Positions 52,903-64,000 of a stretch of 64,000 nt of DNA are shown in pieces. The notes beneath the pieces were generated by a model. It was not told the origin of the DNA and did not search any database. It saw nothing but the letters and a program-made list of their open reading frames with translations. Origin of the DNA: Eledone cirrhosa (lineage: Eukaryota); NCBI GenBank assembly GCA_964016885.1, contig OZ024741.1:257052001-257116000 (forward strand). Direction: 5' to 3'. Every line of letters begins with the position of its first letter. Position 1 is the first letter of the stretch. The position numbers and the translations under genes were made by a program.

Positions 52903-53903
52903 TGTTATGCACATAAAATTCAACCTTTTGATCTGGAGTTTCGACTTACGAGTGTTTCGACTTACGAGTATTTTGACTTACGAATGTTCTGACTTACGGG
53001 TGTTTCGGCTTCCGAGTGTTTCGACTTACGAGTGTTATAACTTGCGGGTGTTTCGACTTACGCGTGTTTTGACTTACGGGCGTTTCGACTTAGGAGTGTT
53101 TCGACTACGAATGTTCCGACATACGAGTGTTTCGACTTACGAGTGTTTCGACTTACGAGTGTTCTGACTTACGAGTGTTCCGGCTTACGAGTTTTTCGAC
53201 TTACGAGTGTTTCGACTTACGAGTGTTCTGACTACGAGTGTTCTGACTTACGAGTGTTTCGGCTTATGAGTGTTTCGACTTACGAGTGTTTCGGTTTATG
53301 AGTGTTTCGACTTACGAGTGTTTCGGCTTACGAGTGTTTCGACTTCCGAGTGTTTCGACTTACGGGTGTTTCGACTTACGAGTGTTTCGTCTACGAGTGT
53401 TTCGACTTACGAGTGTTTCGGCTTACGAGTGTTTCGACATACGGGTGTTTCGACTTACGGTGTTTCGGCTTACGAGTGTTTCGACTTACGAGTGTTCTGA
53501 CTTACGAGTGTTCTGACTTATGAGTGTTCTGACTTACCAGTGTTCCGACTTACGAGTGTTTCGGCTTACGAGTGTTTCGGCTTACGAGTGTTTCGACTTA
53601 CGAGTGTTTCGACTTACGAGTGTTTCGACTTATGAGTGTTTTGACTTACGGTGTTTCGGCTTACGAGTGTTTCGACTTACGAGTGTTTTGACTTACTGGT
53701 GTTTTGACATACGAGTGTTTCGATACGAGTGTTTCGACTTACGGGTGTTCTGACTTACGAGTGTTCTGACTTACGAGTGTTCTGACTTACGAGTGTTCCA
53801 ATTTACGAGTGTTCTGACTTACGAGTGTTCTGACTTACGAGTGTTCCGACTTACGAGTGTTTCGGCTCACGAGTGTTTCGGCTTACGAGTGTTTCGACTT
53901 ACG

Positions 53904-53973
53904 AAAATAACAAATAGACGCGGTTTCAAATCTCTATGCTTTTCAAATTCAGTACATTAATCTTTATTTATAC
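53904..53973 (+). repeat. 70-bp spacer, copy 13 (type A)
   Basis: Duplicate of copy 9 at offset 15356. Confidence 0.97.
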
Positions 53974-55659
53974 GTTTCGCTTTACGAGTGTTTCGACTTA
54001 CGAGTGTTTCGACTTACGAGTGTTTCGGCTTACGAGTGTTTTGAATTACGAGTGTTTTGACTTACATGTGTTTCGACTTACGCGTGTTTCGACTTACGAG
54101 TGTTTCGACTTGCGAGTGTTTCGACTACGGGTGTTTCGACTTACGAATGTTTTGACTTACGGATGTTTTGACTTACGGGTGTTTCGGCTTACGAGTGTTT
54201 CGACTTACGAGTGTTCTGACTTACGAGTGTTCTGACTTACGAGTGTTCCGACTTACGAGTGTTTCGACTTAAGAGTGTTTCGGATTACGAGTGCTTCGAC
54301 TTACGAGTGTTTCGGCTAACGAGTGTTTCGACTTACGAATGTTCTGACTACGAGTGTTCTGACTTACGGGTGTTCTGACTTACGAGTGTTCCGACTTACG
54401 AGTGTTTCGGCTTACGAGTGTTTCGGGTTACGAGTGTTTCGACTTACGAATGTTTTCGCTTACGAGTGTTTCCGCTTACGAGTGTTTCGACTTACGAGTG
54501 TTTCGACTTACGAGTGTTTTGACTTACGGTTTTTCGGCTTGCAAGTGTTTCGACATACGAGTGTTTTGACTTACGGGCGTTTCGACTTACGGGTGTTTCG
54601 ACTTACGAGTGTTTCGACTTACGAGTGTTCTGACTTACGAGTGTTCTGACTTGCGAGTGTTCCGACTTACGAGTGTTTCGGCTTACGAGTGTTTCGACAT
54701 ACGAGTGTTTTGACTTACGGATGTTTCAACTTACGGGTGTTTCGACTTACGAGTGTTTCGACTTACGAGTGTTTTGACTTACGAATGTTTTGCCTTACGG
54801 GTGTTCCGGTTTACGAGTGTTTCGACTTACGAGTATTCTGACTTACGAGTGTTCCGACTTACGTGTGTTTCGGCTTACGAGTGTTTCGGCTTACGAGTGT
54901 TTTGATTTACGAGTGTTTTGACTTACGGGTGTTTCGACTTACGCGTGTTTCGACTTACGAGTGTTTCGACTTACGAGTGTTTCGGCTAATGAGTGTTTCG
55001 AATTACGAGTGTTTTGACTTACGGGTGTTTTGACATACGAGTGTTTCGGTACGAGTGTTCTGACTTACGAGTGTTCTGACTTACGAGTGTTCTGACTTAC
55101 GAGTGTTCTGACTAACGGGTGTTCTGACTTACGAGTGTTGCGACTTACGAGTGTTTCGGCTATGAGTGTTTTGACTTACGTGTGTTTCGACTTACAGGTG
55201 TTTCGACTTACGAGTGTTTCGACTTACGAGTGTTCTGACTTACGAGTGTTCGGATCTACGAGTGTTCCGGCTTACGACTTTTTCGACTTACGAGTGTTTC
55301 GACTTACGAGTGTTTCGGCTTACAAGTGTTTCGGCTTACGAGTGGTTTGACTTACGAGTGTTCTGACTACGAGTGTTCTGTCTTACGAGTGTTTCGACTT
55401 ACGAGTGTTTCGGCTTATGAGTGTTTCGACTTACGAGTGTTTCGGCTTACGAGTGTTTCGACTTACGAGTGTTTCGACTTATGGGTGTTTCGACTTACGA
55501 GTGTTTCGACTACGAGTGTTTCGACTTACGAGTGTTTCGGCTTACGAGTGTTTCGACTTATGGGTGTTTCGACTTACGAGTGTTTTTACTTACGGTGTTT
55601 CGGCTTACGAGTGTTTCGACATACGAGTGTTTTGACTTACGGGTGTTTCGACTTACGAG

Positions 55660-58600
55660 TGTTTCGACTTACGAGTCTTTCGGCTTACGAGTGTTTCGAC
55701 ATACTAATGTTTTTACTTACGAGTGTTTCGGCGTATGAGTGTTTCGACTTACGAGTGTTTCGACTTACGGGTGTTTTGACTTACGGGTGTTTCGGCTTAC
55801 GAGTGTTTCGACTTGCGAGTGTTTCGACTTACGTGTGTTTCCGCTTACGAGTGTTTCGGCTTACGAGTGTTTCGAATTACGAGTGTTTCGGCTTACGAGT
55901 GTTTCGACTTACGTGTGTTTCGACTTACGGGTGTTTCGACTTACGAGTGTTTCGACTTACGTGTGTTTCCGCTTACGAGTGTTTCGGCTTACGAGTGTTT
56001 CGAATTACGAGTGTTTTGGCTTACGAATGTTTTGACTTACGGGTGTTTCGGTGTACGAGTGTTTCGACTTAAGGATGTTTCGACTTACGAGTGTTTCGAC
56101 TTACGAGTGTTTCGACTTACGAGTGTTTCGACTTACGAGTGTTTTGGCTTACGAATGTTTTGACTTACGGGTGTTTCGACTTACGGGTGTTTCGGCTTAC
56201 GAGTGTTTCGACTTACGAGTGTTCTGACTTACGAGTGTTCTGACTTACGAGTGTTCCGACTTACGAGTGTTCCGACTTACGAGTGTTTCGGCTTACGAGT
56301 GTTTCGGCTTACGAGTGTTTCGGCTTATGAGTGTTTTGACTTACGAGTGTTCTGACTACGAGTGTTCTGACTTACGGGTGTTCTGACTTACGAGTGTTCC
56401 AACTTACGAGTGTTTCGGCTAATGAGTGTTTCGACTTACGGGCGTTTCGACTTACGGGTGTTTCGACTTACGAGTGTTTTGACTTACGAGTGTTCTGACT
56501 TACGAGTGTTCTGACTTACGAGAGTTCCGACTTACGACTGTTTCGACTTACGAGTGTTTTGACTTACGAGTGTTCCGACTTGCGAGTGTTTCGGCTTACG
56601 GGTGTTTCGACGTACGAGTATTTTTGGCTTACGAGTGTTTCTACTTACGAGTGTTTTGAATTACGATTGTTTCGGCTTACGAGTGTTTCGACTTACGAGT
56701 ATTTCGACTTACGAGTTTTTTTACTTACGGTGTTTCGGCTTACGAGTGTTTCGACTTATGAGTGTTCTGATTTACGGATGTTTCGACATACGAGTGTTTT
56801 GACTTACGGTGTTTCGACTTACGAGTGTTTCGACTTACGAGTGTTTCGACTTACGGGTGTTTCGACTTACGAGTGTTTCGACTTACGGGTGTTTCGGCTT
56901 ACGAGTGTTTCGACTTACGACTGTTCTGACTTACGAGTGTTCTGACTTACGAGTGTTCCGGCTTACGAGTTTTTCGACTTACGAGTGTTTCGACTTACGA
57001 GTGTTTCGGCTTACAAGTGTTTCGGCTTACGAGTGGTTTGACTTACGAGTGTTCTGACTACGAGTGTTCTGTCTTACGAGTGTTTCGACTTACGAGTGTT
57101 TCGGCTTATGAGTGTTTCGACTTACGAGTGTTTCGGCTTACGAGTGTTTCGACTTACGAGTGTTTCGACTTACGGGTGTTTCGACTTACGAGTGTTTCGA
57201 CTACGAGTGTTTCGACTTACGAGTGTTTCGGCTTACGAGTGTTTCGACTTATGGGTGTTTCGACTTACGAGTGTTTTTACTTACGGTGTTTCGGCTTACG
57301 AGTGTTTCGACATACGAGTGTTTTGACTTACGGGTGTTTCGACTTACGAGTGTTTCGACTTACGAATGTTTTGACTTACGGGTGTTTCGGCTTACGAGTG
57401 TTTCGATTTATGAGTGTTTCGGCTTGCGAGTGTTTCGACTTACTAATGTTTTTACTTAAGAGTGTTTCGGCGTACGAGAGTTTTGACTTACGAGTGTTTC
57501 TACTTACGAGTGTTTCGACTTACGAGTGTTTTAACTTACGAATGTTTTGACTTACGGGTGTTTCGGCTTACGAGTGTTTCGACTTACGAGTCTTTCGGCT
57601 TACGAGTGTTTCGACATACTAATGTTTTTACTTACGAGTGTTTCGGCGTATGAGTGTTTCGACTTACGAGTGTTTCGACTTACGGGTGTTTTGACTTACG
57701 GGTGTTTCGGCTTACGAGTGTTTCGACTTACGAGTGTTTCGACTTACGTGTGTTTCCGCTTACGAGTGTTTCGGCTTACGAGTGTTTCGAATTACGAGTG
57801 TTTCGGCTTACGAGTGTTTCGACTTACGTGTGTTTCGACTTACGGGTGTTTCGACTTACGAGTGTTTCGACTTACGTGTGTTTCCGCTTACGAGTGTTTC
57901 GGCTTACGAGTGTTTCGAATTACGAGTGTTTTGGCTTACGAATGTTTTGACTTACGGGTGTTTCGGTGTACGAGTGTTTCGACTTAAGGATGTTTCGACT
58001 TACGAGTGTTTCGACTTACGAGTGTTTCGACTTACGAGTGTTTCGACTTACGAGTGTTTTGGCTTACGAATGTTTTGACTTACGGGTGTTTCGACTTACG
58101 GGTGTTTCGGCTTACGAGTGTTTCGACTTACGAGTGTTTTGACTTACGAGTGTTCTGACTTACGAGTGTTCTGACTTACGAGTGTTCCGACTTACGAGTG
58201 TTCCGACTTACGAGTGTTTCGGCTTACGAGTGTTTCGGCTTACGAGTGTTTCGGCTTATGAGTGTTTTGACTTACGAGTGTTCTGACTACGAGTGTTCTG
58301 ACTTACGGGTGTTCTGACTTACGAGTGTTCCAACTTACGAGTGTTTCGGCTAATGAGTGTTTCGACTTACGGGCGTTTCGACTTACGGGTGTTTCGACTT
58401 ACGAGTGTTTTGACTTACGAGTGTTCTGACTTACGAGTGTTCTGACTTACGAGAGTTCCGACTTACGACTGTTTCGACTTACGAGTGTTTTGACTTACGA
58501 GTGTTCCGACTTGCGAGTGTTTCGGCTTACGGGTGTTTCGACGTACGAGTATTTTTGGCTTACGAGTGTTTCTACTTACGAGTGTTTTGAATTACGTTTG

Positions 58601-59030
58601 TTTCGGCTTACGAGTGTTTCGACTTACGAGTATTTCGACTTACGAGTTTTTTTACTTACGGTGTTTCGGCTTACGAGTGTTTCGACTTATGAGTGTTCTG
58701 ATTTACGGATGTTTCGACATACGAGTGTTTTGACTTACGGTGTTTCGACTTACGAGTGTTTCGACTTACGAGTGTTTCGACTTACGGGTGTTTCGACTTA
58801 CGAGTGTTTCGACTTACGGGTGTTTCGGCTTACGAGTGTTTCGACTTACGACTGTTCTGACTTACGAGTGTTCTGACTTACGAGTGTTCCGGCTTACGAG
58901 TTTTTCGACTTACGAGTGTTTCGACTTACGAGTGTTTCGGCTTACAAGTGTTTCGGCTTACGAGTGGTTTGACTTACGAGTGTTCTGACTACGAGTGTTC
59001 TGTCTTACGAGTGTTTCGACTTACGACTGT
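55660..59030 (+). repeat. ~1.92-kb tandem higher-order repeat
   Basis: ORF pairs 55739/57654 (1915) and 56559/58490 (1931). Shared private variants GACATACTAATG, GGCGTATGAG and TTCCAACTT. Confidence 0.85.
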
Positions 59031-61424
59031 TTCGGCTTATGAGTGTTTCGAGTACGAGTGTTTCGACTTACGAGTGTTTCGGCTTACGAGTGTTTCGACT
59101 TATGGGTGTTTCGACTTACGAGTGTTTTTACTTACGGTGTTTCGGCTTACGAGTGTTTCGACATACGAGTGTTTTGACTTACGGGTGTTTCGACTTACGA
59201 GTGTTTCGACTTACGAATGTTTTGACTTACGGGTGTTTCGGCTTACGAGTGTTTCGATTTATGAGTGTTTCGACTTACTAATGTTTTTACTTACGAGTGT
59301 TTCGGCGTACGAGAGTTTTGACTTACGAGTGTTTCTACTTACGAGTGCTTCGACTTACGAGTGTTTTGACTTACGAATGTTTTGACTTACGGGTGTTTCG
59401 GCTTACGAGTGTTTCGACTTACGAGTCTTTCGGCTTACGAGTGTTTCGACTTAGTAATGTTTTTACTTACGAGTGTTTCGGCGTACGAGTGTTTGGACTT
59501 ACGAGTGTTTCGACTTACGGGTGTTTTGACTTACGGGTGTTTCGGCTTACGTGTGTTTCGACTTACGAGTGTTTTGACTTAAGGGTGTTTCGACTTACGA
59601 GTATTTTTGGCTTACGAGTGTTTCGACTTACGAGTGTTTTGACTTACGAGTGTTCTAATTTACCTATGTTTCGACATACGAGTGTTTTGACTTACGAGTG
59701 TTTCGACTTACGAGTGTTTCGACTTACGAGTGTTTCGGCTTACGAGTGGTTTGACTTACGAGTGTTCTGACTACGAGTGTTTTGACTTACGAGTGTTTCG
59801 GCTTATGAGTGTTTCGACTTACGAGTGTTTCGGCTTATGAGTGTTTCGACTTACGAGTGTTTCAGTTTACGAGTGTTTCGACTTACGAGTGTTTCGACTT
59901 ACGGGTGTTTCGACTGACGAGTGTTTCGGCTTACGAGTGTTTCGACATACGGGTGTTTCGACTTACGATGTTTCGGCTTACGAGTGTTTCGATTTACGAG
60001 TGTTCTGACTTACGAGTGTTCTGACTTATGAGTGTTCTGACTTACGAGTGTTCCGACTTACGAGTGTTTCGGCTTACGAGTGTTTCGGTTTACGAGTGTT
60101 TCGACTTACGAGTGTTTCGACTTACGAGTGTTTCGACTTACGAGTGTTTCGACTTACGAGTGTTTTGAGATACGGTGTTTCGGCTTACGAGTGTTTCGAC
60201 TTACGAGTGTTTCGACTTACGAGTGTTTTGACATACGGTGTTTCGGCTTACGAGTGTTTCGACATACGAGTGTTTTGACTTACGGGTGTTTCGACTTACG
60301 GGTGTTTCGACTACGAGTGTTTCGACTTACGAGTGTTTCGACTTACGAGCGCTTCGACTTACGAGTGTTCTGACTTACGAGTGTTCCGACTTACAAGTGT
60401 TTCTGCTTACGAGTGTTTCGACTTACGAGTGTTTCGACTTACGAGTGTTTCGGCGTACGAGTGTTTTGACTTACGAGTGTTTCGACTTACGAGTGTTTCG
60501 ACTTACGAGTGCTTTGACTTACGAATGTTTTGACTTACTTCGACTTACGAGTGATCTGACTTACGAGTGTTCCTACTTACGAGTGTTTCGACTTACGAGT
60601 GTTTCGACTTGCGAGTGTTTCGACTTACGAGTGTTTCGACTTACGAGTGTTCTGACTTACGAGTGTTCTGACTTACGAGTGTTCCGACTTACGAGTGTTT
60701 CGGCTTACGAGTGTTTGGACTTACGAGTGTTCCGGCTTACGCATGTTCCGACTTACGAGTGTTTCGGCTTATGAGTGTTTCGACTTACGAGTGTTTCGGT
60801 TTATGAGTGTTTCGACTTACGAGTGTTTCGGCTTACGAGTGTTTCGACTTACGAGTGTTTCGACATACGGGTGTTTCGACTTACGAGTGTTTCGACTACG
60901 AGTGTTTCGACTTACGAGTGTTTCGGCTTACGAGTGTTTCGACATACGGGTGTTTCGACTTACGGTGTTTCGGATTACGAGTGTTTCGACTTACGAGTGT
61001 TCTGACTTACGAGTGTTCTGACTTATGAGTGTTCTGACTTACGAGTGTTCCGACTTACGAGTGTTTCGGCTTACCAGTGTTTCGGCTTACGAGTGTTTCG
61101 ACTTACGAGTGTTTCGACTTACGAGTGTTTCGACTTACGAGTGTTTCGACTTATGAGTGTTTTGACTTACGGTGTTTCGGCTTACGAGTGTTTCGACTTA
61201 CGAGTGTTTTGACTTACTGGTGTTTTGACATACGAGTATTTCGATACGAGTGTTTCGACTTACGAGTGTTCTGACTTACGAGTGTTCTGACTTACGAGTG
61301 TTCTGACTTACGAGTGTTCTAACTTACGAGTGTTCTGACTTACGAGTGTTCTGACTTACGAGTGTTCCGACTTACGAGTGTTTCGGCTCACGAGTGTTTC
61401 GGCTTACGAGTGTTTCGACTTACG

Positions 61425-61494
61425 AAAATAACAAATAGACGCGGTTTCAAATCTCTATGCTTTTCAAATTCATTACATTAATCTTTATTTATAC
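61425..61494 (+). repeat. 70-bp spacer, copy 14 (intermediate A/B haplotype)
   Basis: CAAATTCATTAC: type A base at the first diagnostic site, type B base at the second. Confidence 0.97.
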
Positions 61495-64000
61495 GTTTCG
61501 CTTTACGAGTGTTTCGCTTTACGAGTGTTTCGACTTACGAGTGTTTCGGCTTACGAGTGTTTTGACTTACGAGTGTTTTGACTTACATGTGTTTCGACTT
61601 ACGCGTGTTTCGACTTACGAGTGTTTCGACTTGCGAGTGTTTCGACTACGGGTGTTTCGACTTACGAATGTTTTGACTTACGGATGTTTTGACTTACGGG
61701 TGTTTCGGCTTACGAGTGTTTCGACTTACGAGTGTTCTGACTTACGAGTGTTCTGACTTACGAGTGTTCCGACTTACGAGTGTTTCGACTTAAGAGTGTT
61801 TCGGATTACGAGTGCTTCGACTTACGAGTGTTTCGGCTAACGAGTGTTTCGACTTACGAGTGTTCTGACTACGAGTGTTCTGATTTACGGGTGTTCTGAC
61901 TTACGAGTGTTTCCGCTTACGAGTGTTTCGACTTACGAGTTTTTCGACTTACGAGTGTTTTGACTTACAGTTTTTCGGCTTGCGAGTATTTCGACTTACG
62001 AGTGTTCTGACTTACGAGTGTTCTGACTTACGAGTGTTCCGACTTACGAGTGTTTCGACTTAAGAGTGTTTCGGATTACGAGTGCTTCGACTTACGAGTG
62101 TTTCGGCTTTCGAGTGTTTCGACATACGAGTGTTTCGGGTTACGAGTGTTTCGACTTACGAATGTTTTCACTTACGAGTGTTTCCGCTTACGAGTGTTTC
62201 GACTTACGAGTTTTTCGACTTACGAGTGTTTTGACTTACAGTTTTTCGGCTTGCGAGTATTTCGACATACGAGTGTTTTGACTTACGGGCGTTTCGACTT
62301 ACGGGTGTTTCGACTTACGAGTGTTTCGACTTACGAGTGTTCTGACTTACGAGTGTTCTGACTTGCGAGTGTTCCGACTTACGAGTGTTTCGGCTTACGA
62401 GTGTTTCGACATACGAGTGTTTTGACTTACGGATGTTTCAACTTACGGGTGTTTCGACTTACGAGTGTTTCGACTTACGAGTGTTCTGACTACGAGTGTT
62501 TCGACTTACGAGTGTTTCGACTTACGAGTGTTTTTACTTACGAATGTTTTGCCTTACGGGTGTTCCGGTTTACGAGTGTTTCGACTTACGAGTATTCTGA
62601 CTTACGAGTGTTCCGACTTACGGGTGTTTCGACTTACGAGTGTTTCGACTTACGAGTGTTCCGACCTATGAGGGTTTCGGCTTACTGGTGTTCCGACTTA
62701 CGAGTATTTTCGGCTGACGAGTGTTTTCGAGTTACGAGTGTTTTGACTTACGATTGTTTCGGCTTACGAGTGTTTCGGCTTACGAGTGTTTTGATTTACG
62801 AGTGTTTTGACTTACGGGTGTTTTGACTTACGCGTGTTTCGACTTACGAGTGTTTCGACTTACGAGTGTTTCGGCTTATGAGTGTTTCGAATTACGAGTG
62901 TTTTGACTTACGGGTGTTTTGACATACGAGTGTTTCGGTACGAGTGTTCTGACTTACGAGTGTTCTGACTTACGAGTGTTCTGACTTACGAGTGTTCTGA
63001 CATACGGGTGTTCTGACTTACGAGTGTTCCGACTTACGAGTGTTTCGGCTATGAGTGTTTTGACTTACGGGTGTTTCGACTTACGGGTGTTTCAACTTAC
63101 GAGTGTTTCGACTTAAGTGTGTTTCCGCTTACGAGTGTTTCGGCTTACGCGTGTTTCGAATTACGAGTGTTTTGGCTTACGAATGTTTTGACTTACGGGT
63201 GTTTCGGTGTACGAGTGTTTCGACTTAAGGATGTTTCGACTTACGAGTGTTTCGACTTACAAGTGTTCCGACTTACGAGTGTTTCGACTTACGAGTGTTT
63301 TGGCTTACGAATGTTTTGACTTACGGGTGTTTCGACTTACGGGTGTTTCGGCTTACGAGTGTTTCGACTTACGAGTGTTACGACTTACGAGTGTTCTGAC
63401 TTACGAGTGTTCTGACTTACGAGTGTTCCGACTTAAGAGTGTTCCGACTTACGAGTGTTTCGGCTTACGAGTGTTTCGGCTTACGAGTGTTTCGGCTTAC
63501 GAGTGTTTTGACTTACGAGTGTTCTGACTACGAGTTTTCTGACTTACGGGTGTTCTGACTTACGAGTGTTCCGACTTACGAGTGTTTCGGCTAATGAGTG
63601 TTTCGACTTACGGGCGTTTCGACTTACGGGTGTTTCGACTTACGAGTGGTTTGACTTACGAGTGTTCTGACTTACGAGTGTTCTGAATTACGAGAGTTCC
63701 GACTTACGACTGTTTCGACTTACGAGTGTTTTGACTTACGAGTGTTCCGACTTACGAGTGTTTCGGCTTACGGGTGTTTCGACGTACGAGTATTTTTGGC
63801 TTACGAGTGTTTCTACTTACGAGTGTTTTGAATTACGATTGTTTCGGCTTACGAGTGTTTCGACTTACGAGTATTTCGACTTACGAGTTTTTTTACTTAC
63901 GGTGTTTCGGCTTACGAGTGTTTCGACTTATGAGTGTTCTGATTTACGGATGTTTCGACATACGAGTGTTTTGACTTACGGTGTTTCGACTTACGAGTGT

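Larger units (their letters stand above)
52197..52937 (+). mobile_element. 741-bp unique island, copy 2 (Helitron-like tail-to-head junction)
   Basis: Appears identical by eye to 36920-37660 at offset 15277, with identical satellite flanks. Confidence 0.65.
24235..54900 (+). repeat. ~15.3-kb direct tandem duplication (about 24235-39509 and 39510-54900)
   Basis: Matching ORF translations, spacers and islands recur at offsets 15275, 15277 and 15356 (for example 24445/39720, 37558/52835, 38967/54323). Boundaries are approximate. Confidence 0.93.
52938..64000 (+). repeat. 16-bp satellite array, block 3; continues past the right window edge
   Basis: Same monomer and orientation. Contains two 70-bp spacers. 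Confidence 0.99.

Noticed and set aside
13-63974. Hundreds of + strand ORFs of 60-289 aa
   Set aside because: They are translations of the stop-free 16-mer, overlap in all frames, mostly use GTG/TTG starts, show no domain, and have stops scattered by common variants.
1-64000. CRISPR array
   Set aside because: Repeats are contiguous 16-mers without unique spacers. The 70-bp interruptions are near-identical to each other and kilobases apart. No cas genes or leader are present.
1-64000. Telomerase-made long-unit telomeric repeat
   Set aside because: No G-runs, heritable variant patterns copied in kilobase blocks, and embedded spacers all point to recombinational satellite evolution. A subtelomeric location cannot be excluded.
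1-64000. Synthetic or sequencing-artefact concatemer
   Set aside because: Variants are shared hierarchically between distant blocks and spacer haplotypes track their flanks, which random error would not produce. Local misassembly remains possible.

Overview
This window has no credible gene. About 96% of it is one unidirectional tandem array of a 16-bp monomer (consensus TTCGACTTACGAGTGT, roughly 3,850 copies by length). It looks like eukaryotic satellite/heterochromatic DNA; the organism cannot be determined from this sequence. Every listed ORF is an artefact: the monomer has no stop codon on the + strand and carries TAA on the - strand. Two kinds of unique sequence interrupt the array: 14 copies of a 70-bp AT-rich spacer, always at the same monomer phase, and two copies of a 741-bp island (36920-37660, 52197-52937). 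The island contains a 17-bp-stem hairpin ending in CTAG, directly abutting TCTATATATATAAAA and (TGTC)n/(TG)n tracts. That arrangement resembles a Helitron 3' end fused to a Helitron 5' end. If this reading is right, the satellite is the hugely expanded interior of head-to-tail, non-autonomous rolling-circle elements, rather than a satellite that received an insertion. Variant monomers reveal nested duplications with offsets of about 0.24, 1.6, 1.9, 2.4, 3.65, 7.95, 12.7, 15.3 and 18 kb. Duplication boundaries were read by eye and are approximate.
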